This document shows, in pieces, positions 1 through 12,085 of a stretch of DNA of 64,000 nucleotides. The DNA is from Podarcis tiliguerta (taxonomy: Eukaryota). How positions within the stretch are numbered: position 1 is the first letter of the stretch; every line of letters starts with the position of its first letter. Below the pieces are notes generated by a model. It saw only the letters and a list, made by a program, of their open reading frames with translations. It was not told where the DNA came from and did not search any database. A program made the translations under genes and the position numbers. The stretch lies in assembly GCA_965153285.1 (NCBI GenBank), contig OZ229110.1; one strand, 5' to 3'.

Positions 1-296
1 AGTATCCTTTTTAAAATAAGGCAACTAGAACTATACACAGCATCCCAAGTGTTTTCACACCATAGATTTTTTTGTAATGGGATTATCTTGGCGGCGTTAT
101 CTTCAGTTCCTTTCCTAATGGCCCCTCACATGGAATTCTGATTAAAGCTCTGCTTGATTTAAGCAATTTATTGGTTTCTTACTCGAGACACTGTAAAATA
201 AGAAAAGTAAGTCTGATGATGACAGTTTTATTTTGAATCCTTTCCCCAATGATCCCAAACATGGAATTTGCTTTCTTCGCAGTTGCTGCACACTGT
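1..296 (-). mobile_element. Degraded CR1 LINE fragments (1-136 and ~226-296)
   Basis: Antisense CR1 ORF2-like text (agaactatacacagcatcccaagtg..ccatagatt; ttcctaatgatccc..acatggaatttgc..gctgcacactg). Confidence 0.55.
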
Positions 297-879
297 TATA
301 ATTAACGATAGTTCACCCTGGGTAGGAACTGTATGATCAGGCTAATCAAGGGTTGGGGGCAATAACATGCAGCACAACCACATCCCACCAAGCAGAGCTA
401 GTGTGGATGGGAAACATCAAGATAGATTTCATAGGCATAAAATTGAAAGGGCTGATGTGTGAACAAAGGCACATAAATGTGCACACAGAGGAAACAGTGA
501 GCTGCATATGCACAAACAATGGCAAAAGATGTGAGGGGAAAAGTGCTTTTTAAGGGGCTCATACAAAACTGACAACAAAATAGATTGCTGTTATCCTTTG
601 AGGAGTAAGGCATGGAGGATAAGAATTCACAAGCACAAGATAATTTACCTTATACAGTGAAATGTGCAGGTTTTGTTGCTGTTTGTTGACCGCAGAATTA
701 AATATTTTGCAGTTGCTATAAAAATTATTTGAACTCCAAGATTGTATTTTATCTTTCACATACAGTACTTCTGATTTATATTTCACCATCTTTTTTAAAA
801 ATAGCAAACAATTTATTAACTGTGTGTATATATATATATTTATGCGTCATTTAAAAACGAGTGCTCTTTATAGGCACAC

Positions 880-1410
880 CGGGAATGGCATTTTTTGAGC
901 AATCAAGCTGCAATTGTGTAACAATGCTCTCTAGTTGAAGCAATTGATTCATGTCATTTGGAATAACTATTCACAGCATTGGGTGCTTATGGAAACTCAT
1001 GGCCTCCAGCGTTTGTCCTTGAGAGCTCTTCCCTGTCTTCCGTCTGCTTTATGTAATTTAGTTATCATTATTAATCCATTTGCAAAAGCTATTTTCGAAG
1101 TATGGACGAACCGGGCACAAAAGCTAGCCCCTCCAATTTTCCCTTTAATCCCAGCTTTAAAATCATTTGTTATTCTTTGACAAGGAAAAATGTCATCAAT
1201 TTGCAACATGGGAAAATAGAGGTCTACATGCAATTATGGACTTATTAGATAAAGGTCAGCTTCTCTCAGGGGAGCAACATTTTGCTAAATGTAATAATGC
1301 ACATATAAAATGGTTCTGCCAGATATTTCAGGTGCACCACCTAACTACTAATTCTATCATACAAGCTACTCACATTCTTACACAATTGGATTATCTTATT
1401 TATTCCAATT
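880..1410 (+). mobile_element. Degraded L1/Tx1-clade LINE ORF2 C-terminal fragment
   Basis: ORFs 935-1180 and 1167 onward read LKQLIHVIW..WVLME..LSL..LP..INPF..VW and WENRGLHAIMDLLDKGQLLS.EQ..WF.QIFQVHH, typical of the post-RT region of vertebrate L1/Tx1; frameshifted. Confidence 0.6.
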
Positions 1411-1984
1411 TAGACAGAACAGGAGCCTTTGTCCCAGGCAAAAAAGTATGGAGTACAATTATTCTAGGCAAGGTAAGTGCAATTGTACACTATGATCCAG
1501 GGGGAAAGTATGTTATGTCTACCTTTATCAGTAACCAGGAACATTTTACTTTTTATTGCAACATCAAATGTAAACCAAGTAACACCAATACCCAATTGCC
1601 AAATTTATGGTAAATTAATTTAAGCATTGTAAAATACTTTATCCATTATGTATTAATTGCGAATTAATTATATCCACTGGAAATGTTGATTTATAAAATT
1701 GTTCTTAAGGAAAATATTATTCTTTGTCGAGTTCATTTTGATTTGTTGCCTTGTCAGTTGAAAATCGCTTTAGAATTGCATATATAACATAAGGTACTTT
1801 TTGATTTTCCTAATTTTCTTTTCTTTTATTATTTGTGTGCTGTTATATGTAATCAAAGAAAAATTGGGTATGGGCTCAAGTATTGATTCTTTGGGTCCTT
1901 CAGGAAGACCAATAAGATATATATTTAATAAACAAACTAAAATATATATTTATTAAATGGTCTTTGAGAGAAACAGAGGGTGTA

Positions 1985-2082
1985 TGTACAACTTGGTAGA
2001 TCGTGAGACTCTTAATCTGCATGGCAGAAGGTTGGACTTGATGATCCTTGTGATTCCTTCCAACTCTACAAGTCTATGACTC
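1985..2082 (+). mobile_element. Deleted tRNA(Lys)-head SINE with CR1-like tail
   Basis: ggtagatcgtgagactcttaatct followed by gttggacttgatgatccttgtgattccttccaactcta. Confidence 0.6.
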
Positions 2083-5000
2083 TAACTTGGGAGGCTTGCT
2101 TCTGCTCCAAAAGCCCATTCAATAGGCCCATATTGAGGGGAGTAAAATTGGGGTATTGCCCCAGGCGGCAGGTTAGGAGGGCAGCATGGTTTGTTCTCTG
2201 CTAGGAGAAAGGAAGGAGGGAAGCAGATAGGTAAGGAATGCATAGGAAGAGGGGTGAAGCTGGCCAGGGGCAGCAGCAGCAGAAAGAACAGTGAGCAAAA
2301 TAACACGAAGCGGAGGAACTATTTGGAAAATCCTGCACTCTTAACCATGTCTTCTTAGAAGGACTGGCGGAGAAAGGGGGGTGCAGGGGTGCGATCCGCC
2401 CCGAGTGTCATCCCTGAGGGGAGGTGACATTGCCGCCCCGACCCCCTGGGACGCAGCTAGCTTCGCATCTGCTTAGAAGCATGCCTTATTAAATTAAGTG
2501 GGGCTTACTCCCAGGTAAATGGAGTTAGGCAAACTGCCTCCTCTATTTGTGCTAGGGAAAGGCATTGTAATACAATGCATTGTCCTGCCCAAGTGCAGTG
2601 TGTATAACATTGATGAAAAGTATTATATGTCGAAGTGTGCTGTTTACACGCTTGCGTGCGCACACATATTGGACTGTTTCTCAACCAGGCACATGCCTGT
2701 AGGAGACATATGTTATTGCCAGCCTGGTGGCTTGAGAGATTTCCAGGAGCCCTAAATATTTAGAAACAGTCGGGTATATTCCAGTGCTGGTGCTCACTCT
2801 ATATACAGCTCATCCAAATGGGAATTTGGAGACTGAAATCTACAAGAGACTTGTTTACAAAGATTCAAAATGTTATTTCACAGAATTAGAAAGTGTGCCC
2901 CCCCCCCACTACATTGTAATCAATCACAGACACTATTGGATATGTTTCTTTTTTCTTTTTTAGAGATAAGTCAGTTGTAAAAGTATTGCATTTAGTATCC
3001 CTCAAAACTGAACTTCAAATGTGAAAGGATCAAATTCTTAAGTTTTATCTCTAAAACCAGGTACAAATGAGGCTGGAGATCTTATGTGGACTTTAAAAAG
3101 AAGTTAATATCACTTGAAGGAGACCTGAATCAGATCAGGACTAGAGTTCTATGGGTGGTGGAAGAGATCTTTGTCATTTTCCTGTTAAAACCACCCCATT
3201 ATCTGATAAACCACAGATAATTAATGATAACCAAGCAGGTGAGGAGGGGGGAAGTTAGCCCTTTACTTCTCTGCTGCCACCCTGGAGAAAATATTTAATT
3301 TGGAGGTGTGGTTGCACTGGGAATTTATCATTGGTGCCAATTGCGAGATTTCTTCCCAAAGTCAATGCAAGTTTCAGAAGGGGTAAGCACCTTAGCTCAG
3401 TGGGAGAACAATTGGTTTGTTGGGCTAGGAGAAAACCCTGGAGATCTCCTCCCAGTCTGTATTGGCAATACTGAGCTAAATGACAATGTGTTAATTAATT
3501 ATTTGCCAAACTTTATCCAGCTTTTCTTCAAAGAAAGCTTGGGTTAGACTTCCCTGGAAGTCTCCCATCTAAGTATTAGATGCAGATTTGCTTAACTTGA
3601 TTAAAAGAGTGAGGGGAAATCCACCCTGATCATTACTGTACTTAAAAACCTGTTAAGATGCAACCAAGCCATAAGCATTGTAAAAGGCTTCCTGCAGGAA
3701 TATTGCAGGACCTGTGGCTTCCTACAGGAGTTCTCAGTTAGGGAGAGGTGGAGAGCAATGCAGACTTTTGCCCCAGACGGCAAAATCTATAGATCGGGCA
3801 CTGCCATTCAAACTGTTTTGGCCAAACTGTAAGCAGGCACTGCTGAAATGCTTCCATTGCTGGGTTTTTTCCACAAACTTGTCATATACATAAATTAATA
3901 TCAGCGCAGTAATAGAGGGGCTGTGATGTCATAGGTATCTGTAATGGTTGCATAGTTTATTTACATTTCCTTTTTAAAAAAAGGATTTTAACGAATATTA
4001 TCTATCACTCTGGAACGATGATTGTGTTTGTCAAGTAGAGATTGCAGAGGAAAGCCTTGCTGTTCATCGTAAAGGCCTTTGGCTATACATAGGTAAAGTG
4101 ATTGACGAAGATGAAGATTAAATACTTTTTATTTTGACAACTGGAGTTATCAAAATAATGGACACTTTCTATTTATTCTACAATTGCCATTGGGTACTGT
4201 CCATCACAATCCTGACCATATCTACTCAGAAGGAAGTCCTATTGAGTATTCCTCACATCATTGCCCCCTACCCACGAGAGTGAAGCTCCTCTCACTGTAG
4301 AAAATGGACTAAATAATGAGGAGCTGCAAAAGGACACCTTAAGTGTTTGAAAGCAGAAACAAACAACGGGCTGCTAAAGATGTGGCTGTCTTGATGTAAA
4401 ACAAATAGGTACCCAAGACAGCAGCAATGATTTTGTGTAAGTGGGCAAACATTTCACTTATGTTTTGACTAATGGCAGATACTGTTTTATGTAATCATCC
4501 GGATGGGAATCATTTAAGGGGACAGTTTTGTAGAGCAAGAAAAACATTTATTGGTGCTAGAGTTATTGATGGTTCATCATTCCAGAGAAAGAGAAATACC
4601 TTTGTAAATAGCTGACCATTCATCACCTTGCCAGTTCATAAGGTTTTGCAGCTAGCTTGTACATCTATTTTATCTTCCAGGAAGAGCTGTGGGCTAAATA
4701 GAAAACTCTTGGTTGCTGCAACAAGGTTTCACAGGCAGATTTCCCTCATGACGCCTTTACCAGTGCTTGTATATATGTAAGCAAAACAAAGACTACAAAG
4801 CCACTGTAAGCTCTCACCGTAAGTTCATTCAAAGAAATTAAACACTGTAGTGCTCTTCCTAGACCTCTTGCCACTCAGGGAAGTGGCAGGTTCATAACAA
4901 TTTGGTGAAGTGGCATGGTAACATGGTAATATGGCGGAGGTTATGGACCACCGGTTTGTAATTCCGAACTTTGCTTTGTAATTGCTGGTGCATAGAGGTT

Positions 5001-5389
5001 GTGTCTGTACATCAAACCAAACCATCATTTAGAGTAGTGTGCAAGAACTAAAATGAACCTGAGTGAGCTGCAACCCACAATCCACACACCCACCTGCACA
5101 AGTGGGAGGACGCCTCAGTAGTGTTTACTGTCATTTCATCCGAATTTTGGCATGCTATGACATCTGGACAAGGGATTGAAGTATATTTTAAAAAATCCTG
5201 GTTAGTTTCAGCCGGCCTATTGAATTGAAGTTGGGTTCTTTGGAAACTGACTAGAGTTTGTTATAACCCATTATCCCTGGTGTGATCAACACAACAAGCC
5301 AAAATTTGGGGGAGATGAAAGTAAATGCTGCTGAGGTCCTCCTCCCTGCAGGAAGAGGAGAGGGGTCATGCTTGAACCACTAATAGGGC

Positions 5390-5520
5390 TATGGACGTAG
5401 CCAGGATTTTTGTTTGGGGGGCGGGCCTTTTGTTAGGGGGGCAGAACCTCAGTTAGCTATGTGTTTTTATTGATTTGGGAGGGGTAGCTGCCCTTCCTGG
5501 CCCCCCTGGCTAAGCCCATG
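5390..5520. mobile_element. hAT-type MITE
   Basis: TIRs tatggacgtagccagg / cctggctaagcccatg; exact 8-bp TSD AATAGGGC at 5382-5389 and 5521-5528. Confidence 0.8.
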
Positions 5521-6436
5521 AATAGGGCCCTAAAGAAGATGAATTATTTTACCCATAAGGTGTCCTAAGTGTAATGTTCCCATTGGATCTGCAGGTCTTT
5601 CAGTCATGTTGACATGTAATATATATTTGAAATATGAAGAGACCACGATAGTTTCTTAAAGATAATTGAGATTATACTTTTGAAAACCACTAAAATTGCC
5701 TTATGCCTGAGATATTGCTTAGAAACAGTCGACCTACATGGAAGTATTGTTATAAATTAATCTTAAAGTTTGGGATTGTAAACCTGATACGTAAAATTGG
5801 GCTTGTAAATCTGATAATAAACAACCTGATCCCATAAATTCACTATTCAAGGATGGCTGTCTGCAGTGCTATGATTTTGATTCCCCAGGAGGAGCAAAGG
5901 TACTGTAAATGGTTTGCAAATTTGTGCTGTATGAGAGTACATAGTTAGATAACATTAAGTATTGCAAATCCACTTTTGTGAATAGGTCTTCAAATAAATG
6001 TATTTCTATTACTAGCCTTCTTATCATTCCAGATAAACTTTATAGATTACAAGTGCATCACAATTAAAGTCTGTTTGAAGACAATCAAAGCACAAACATT
6101 AGATTGCCTTTGCAGTCTACTGTTTGTGCTTTGCAGTAAAAACTAAACCAAAACAACATTGCAGTGTCCTATATTGTCTGCATATAATGCTATCCTTTAA
6201 GTCTGTAATCCTATACACACCTGGGAAGTTCCCTTGAATAAATGTGGCTTACTTCCAAGTAGACATGGATAGGATTATGCTGCACGTATTAGGTTCTACC
6301 TGGAAAATAGAAATAATTGAGCTTTTATTTCTATTGACCCTTTGGAGGCAACACTTGTCTGTTTAAATTGCTAGGGAGTATTAGCAACCACATATTTTTT
6401 ATTACCCCTATGTTCAATAATCACAAATCCCTTTCC

Positions 6437-6475
<39 letters not shown>

Positions 6476-8273
6476 GAATACCTATATTCTGTTAATGAAG
6501 AAAAACTGAGAAATACATTTTTTCTTTTTTAAAAAGCAAAGCTGGCATACAACCAGTATGGACCTTCTTCTTTTTTCCATTGTTGATACTTTCCCTCATC
6601 CAGACTGCAATTCTATATGCACTTATCATGGAAGGAGCTTCATTGAAATGCATAGGAACTGTTCTGTTGTTAAACATGCACTTCGAAAACGGTATCAAAT
6701 GCAACATGTTGCAGCATTTTCATACTTCTCCTATTCCTATATTAAATCACACTCCAGACAGTTTCTTTTAGACAGAGCTACATCGGACACAAATTTACCA
6801 GCAAAACGGAAAGTAAAAAGGCTGCTTCAAAATACAGTATAGCAATGAGGCACAGATTAGATTTAGTAAGGGTAGAGAGAAAAGGCTTTTTTCACATATA
6901 TGTGCTTCTTCAAAACGAACAGTTGATGGGAATAAAGCCACTAACCTGTTTTAGTGCTCTGAGCATCTTCTCAGAGTGGGCACTTGGTGCACTGTGGCCA
7001 GTTTTGGAGGGGAGGCTGAATCCCCCAGCCTCAGGACGGTTTGGCTCCTGTCACGTCAGTCTAGGAGTGCTGCACTTGAGAGGACAGACAGAGAAAATGG
7101 TTTCTCTCTGCCAGCCCTTGCTAATCCCTGCTGCATCCCTAATCATGCCTAAGAGATTTATTGTAGGAGACTTATGTCTTCATGTTAAACCCTGCAAAAC
7201 ATGCCACTTAACCAAATGTAATTTGAAACCCCTGTGACTGGCTGCTCTCAGGGCACCCACTTTCACCCGTTTCCCCACCACCACCAGTCTTCACAGAGTC
7301 ATTGGCTGCCCTTAGATTTCTGTATTAAAGACCTCATAAGAAAAAGTTGATTTAGCTTAGGCTGCATTCACTCTCCCGTTTACTGTACATTGACTGTGTT
7401 TTCAGTGCTGTTTTTAATCCATGTTACATGACATTATCCAAAAAATTGTATGTTTCCTGTGCTTTGTTATAAGATACTGCCGTTTGATGAGTTGTTTCTC
7501 AAAAGCATCACGCTGAAGTGAACACCTTTGCATAGGGTAAGGAGACATGCCTGCCCTGTCCTCTCATTTGATCTTTTTTTTCCCTCCAAAGGGAATAATT
7601 TTTGGGCAAAACCATCCCATGTGTATTAGGGAGCCAGTCCAGTTTTACGGCTTGTGCTCTTGGTAGCCTTTGCTCGCCTCCAATAAAATAACAAAACCTG
7701 GGCATAAGGATAGTGAAGTAGAGAGACTGGAGACAAAGCTGGGGCTCAAAACAACACAAAGTGTTTCCTTTCAGAAACATGAATTTGCTGTATTTGTAGA
7801 CTGGCGGGGGGGTATCAGCTTGCTTCTCCATTTGGGTTGCCTAATCTAATGGCGGACATTTTGCTGGAAACCGCTGTAATGGAAGTGGAGCCTGCAAGTT
7901 ACACCAAAAGGAATCTAGACAGATTGCTGTTCAGAAAGGGACAATTCCTTCTTTTGGAAAACCATTCAGAAACCTGAACTCAGTATAGCACTTGAAACAT
8001 TTGTCTACCAAAATACCCCACTCAGGAATCAGGGCTAAGAAGGGCTTCAAATGCCTTAAGGCAAATAATGAATAATGTATGTGCTCCTGTTTTGTTGACT
8101 CCTGTCCTTCTTAGCAGTGAAAGACACAAAACAATAGATGGCAGTATTGGCATGAATATCCACTAGTGTGTTTTATTTTAAAAATTCTTCCCCAGCCTTG
8201 TCCAAATTCTCTCTGCTGGTAGCCCTGCCATTTGTCTCTACTTCCCTGCTTCTCACCTGCCATCTAACTGTAT

Positions 8274-8702
8274 TGTTGTTGCTGTTTAGTCGTTTAGTCG
8301 TGTCTGACTCTTCGTGACCCCATGGACCAGAGCAGGCCAGGCACTCCTGCCTCCCACTGCCTCCCACAGTTTGGTCAAACTCATGCTGGTAGCTTCGAGA
8401 ACACTGTCCAACCATCTCATCTTCTGTCGTCCCCTTCTCCTTGTACCCTCCATCTTTCTCAACATCAAGGTCTTTTCCAAGGAGTCTTCTCTTCTCATGA
8501 GGTGGCTAAAGTATTGGAACCTCAGGATCTGTCCTTCCAGTGAGCACTCAGGGCTGATTTCCTTAAGAATAGAGAGGTTTGATCTTCATGTATTCCATGG
8601 GACTCTCAAGAGTCTCCTCCAGCACCATAATTCAAAAACATCAATTCTTTGGTGATCAGCCTTCTTTATGGTCCAACTCTCACTTCTATACATCACTACT
8701 GG
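8274..8702 (-). mobile_element. 5'-truncated RTE/BovB-type LINE 3' end
   Basis: Minus ORF ..MRREDSLEKTLML.KMEGTRRRGRQKMRWLDSVLEAT..HGVTKSQTRLND; (CAA)n-like tail; 11-bp TSD TCTAACTGTAT at 8263-8273 and 8703-8713. Confidence 0.9.
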
Positions 8703-8985
8703 TCTAACTGTATACTCTCCTCCATTCTCCTTCTTCATCCTCTTTTTGGCTATGTAAAAGAATGTCTTTAAATACAGGAAGGTTGTCCCCCAACACAGCT
8801 GCATTTCAAGTAACATTTGCATTTTCTGTACACACCAGAGAGAGGGTAGGGGAGTCTTCACCCAATGAACATTACTGATGGGTCAGGCCAAAGGTCCATA
8901 TCTACTCCCACATCCTGTTCTCATAGTGGCAACCAGAGGATCTAACGGGAAGCCTGCAAGCAGGACCCAAATGCAACTGTACTCT

Positions 8986-9329
8986 GCGGGTGGCTCTGTG
9001 GGTTAAAACACAGAGCCTAGGACTTGACAATCAGAAGGTTGGCAGTTCGAATCCCTGCGACAGGGTGAGTTCCTGTTGCTCGGTCCCTGCTCCTGCCAAC
9101 CTAGCAGTTTGAAAGCACGTCAAAGTGCAAGTAGATAAATAGGTACCACTCCAGCAGGAAGGTAAACGGCATTTCCGTGCTTCTCTGGTTCCCCAGAAGC
9201 GGCTTAGCCATGCTGGCCACATGAACTGGAAGCTGTACGCTGGCTCCCTCGGCCAATAAAGCGAGATGAGCGCTGCAACCCCAGAGTCGGTCACGACTGG
9301 ACCTAATGGTCAGGGGTCCCTTTACCTTT
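8986..9329 (+). mobile_element. Sauria SINE, near full length
   Basis: gcgggtggctctgtgggttaaa..tcagaaggttggcagttcgaatcc..gtagataaataggtacc..ggtcaggggtccctttaccttt; ACCTTT tail. Confidence 0.9.
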
Positions 9330-11924
9330 TTATGACAACCAGAACTTGCTGCTTTCTTGTAGTTAAGAAACTGGGGACGAGTGACTGCAATTTGATACTC
9401 TTAACTTGGAGAACAGTTATCCCTTGCTGTGATTCCTACATCGAAGGAGTTGGGCTGGATGATGCTTGGGATCCCTTAAAACTCTACAATGTTATGATTC
9501 TAAGTAATACCTGAATAGGCTCTGGGCACCTGCATGGATTTTTCTTTGTCTATAGTGGCTTATCCTTAAAAACAACAACACATACCTGCATTTATGCATT
9601 TTATAACTATTGTACATACATCATATACTGTCCATCACACAATGCTTTTCTCCTAAAAAATGTTTAGGGGTGCTCTCATTTTCCTACTCATATTGAAATA
9701 CTGCACCTCAATGAGGCCAAACTTAGATTCACAAAATGTTAAGGGGTATGCGTACCCCAGTGTCCCCCCAGAAAAAAGCACTGCCATCACATATCCATTT
9801 CCTAAGGACTTCCCAGTCCACCTCTCCATAGCATTCTATCAGCTGCATATCCTGATCTTCTACCCATTATTATCTCAAATCTTCCTTTGTTTGATATTAT
9901 TTGCTGCTCACATGTTTACTTCCACTTGCAGGTTGGATTGAATATTATACTCTCTAAGATATTCTCCAAAACACTTCCACTCTTCTCTTAACTTTGTCTC
10001 ATCTTAACCTGTAAGCCTTTTACTTCCTTTTGCACTGCGTTTGCTCCAATTTGGTGGTAAAACACAAGTTTTCCCAGGACAAAAAATACCATCACTTGGA
10101 CACAGAGCTTTAAAGCTCAGACCTGCGCCTAGAAATATGGCACAAAAGGAAGTCTGGATGAGCCCTAGGACACACACATGAGAATAAACATGGTAAAATA
10201 AATGTCCTAAATTATTTACAGTATAAACTGAACTGAAAGCTATATTGTCCTTGTCTTCCACTATACTCTATTTCTTACTACATTTAAAAAATGTATTTGT
10301 TCATATCTTCCAGGCAATCTTTCTAACGAACAATTTTGTCATTTAATGGAAGAGACTTGAAGGCTTAGCATAATTAATGGGGCCACTTTCTTTGTTCCTC
10401 CCTGTGCTGTTCCCATCTGCAGCACTTACTTTCCTTCCTCTTTCAGTCTGGAGACACATGAGTCCTGTAGCACAACATTAATACTCGACAAGGTCTGTTT
10501 TATTGGTTTACATGCCCTCTTTGGCCGCTTGAGACATTTATTAGCCTTTAGCTAATGTATATGGGACTTTCTGTCTTTTGAACATTAATTAAGAAAGCAT
10601 TCCCAACTGGACATTGATGTTATTATGAAGCAGGCTATGCTATGCTGTGTTTAAGAATATGTTGCACAACTGCATGGTTTAAATAGAGTCCCTTAAGACA
10701 GACAAAAGCTTTTTAACATTTATAAAGCGATGACACCGTGGCTTTCTAACTTTTTGTAAAGCAAAGACTACTCAGTGTAGGTATACTGATATTTTGAATG
10801 CTTGTTCCATCTTACAAATAGTCAGCTGATGATCTCATGGCCAAGCCAAGTTAGATTCAGTTATGCTAAGAATTTAGCACACTTATAAAGTTGTTATCTA
10901 TGTTGTCCTAGGATTCTGTCTTAAATTTGAACCAAGCTGAGAGAATTTGTTTCCTCACTTCATTTTTTCTTTTAAAAAACAATTTATTACTGTATTGCTG
11001 CAGATTCTGATATTAGTGACATAAATGGACACTACAGCCAAACTTTTCCAGATGACACAAGAAAGGAGTTTGTCCGTTTACCTTGCCATGCTGAATAATG
11101 CTTGCAATAAGCTATGCTTTGATATAATGGGTTAGGTGTCTCATATCTGTAGAATTCCACTCTTGTTTCAGTAGGTCTTATTAAAGGCTAAAGCCTATGA
11201 TTAGTAAGGAGATTTATCCTACACTATATTGTGACATAAGGCAAGACACCTTTTCCCTTTCATTTGCTCTACACTTCTGCGGTTACTGCTCCCCTTCCCA
11301 CAACCACTTTCTCAACTCCCATAGTCCATCAAGAAAAATCCCTTTGGAATCTCCTTTATACCTCTGTTCACATGTATCTGTACCTTTCTTACAGAGGTGG
11401 CACTCACGACCATTTATCTTATGCCTTAATATAGCCTTCTACAACTTGTTGTCTTCCAGATGTTGCTAAACTTCAACTCTCCTCATCCCTGCCCATTGAC
11501 AACAATGGCTAGAGTTGATGGAATTTGGAGTCCAATGACATGGGGGTGGGCAGGCACCAAGTTGTGGGGTCAGACTGCCTTAATATACAGTTCCCATGCT
11601 CCTATAGGCCCAACTCTAAGTGAGATGTTAACTTTTTGACACTTAATATGGTGTAAACCACCCTGAAGGGCAGTATAGAAATTTAATAAATAATAATAAT
11701 GCCCACTCCTCCCTAATCTCAACAGAATGAAGGCATTCAGGGGGCAGGGGAGAAGGCAGCGTACAGTTCAAACAATATTTTGTTTCAGCTTATTTATTTA
11801 AACTATTTCTTAATCATCCTTCATCAAAAGATTCCAGGGTATTGTACATAATCCACACAACATATAAAATATAATTTAAAACCAACACATTACCATAACA
11901 AAATAAATGAAAAACAAAGCTACA

Positions 11925-11970
<46 letters not shown>

Positions 11971-12085
11971 GTTTATTTATACCCCGCCCACCTGGCTGGG
12001 TTTCCCCAGCCACTCTGGGCAGCTTCCAACATAATATTAAAAATACATTAAAACATCAGTCATTAAAAACTTCCCTAAACAGAGC
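11925..12085 (-). mobile_element. L2-type LINE 3' terminus with (AAT)n tail microsatellite
   Basis: About 15 AAT units followed by tttataccccgccca.ctggctggg..ccagccactctgggcagcttccaaca; same tail as the copy at 22456. Confidence 0.7.

Larger units (their letters stand above)
107..6925 (+). pseudogene. Candidate highly diverged, disabled UBR1/UBR2-like (N-recognin E3 ligase) gene remnant; central-region exons only, 5' part probably outside the window
   Basis: Exon-like segments, mostly AG/GT-bounded: 148-206 (ALLDLSNLLVSYSRHCK), 1414-1472 (GAFVPGKKVWSTIILGK), 1710-1793 (ILCRVHFDLLPCQLKIALELHI*HK), ~2689-2892 (GYIPVLVL..QMGIWR..YKDSKC, with frameshifts), 2964-3060 (DKSVVKVLHLVSL..ILKFYL*NQ), 3984-4092 (DFNEYYLS..EESLAV..LYI|G), 4681-4776, ~6537-6925 (LQTV..LLDRATSDTNL..FHI). 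Order and spacing match recalled human UBR1/2 motifs. Manual alignment only. Confidence 0.55.

Noticed and set aside
670-764. Extra UBR-like exon (VLLLFV../..SKIVFYLSHT)
   Set aside because: Needs a frameshift, has a weak donor, and the same UBR segment aligns better to 1414-1472.
4825-5028. Minus-strand 67-aa ORF
   Set aside because: No homology or splice support; length compatible with chance.
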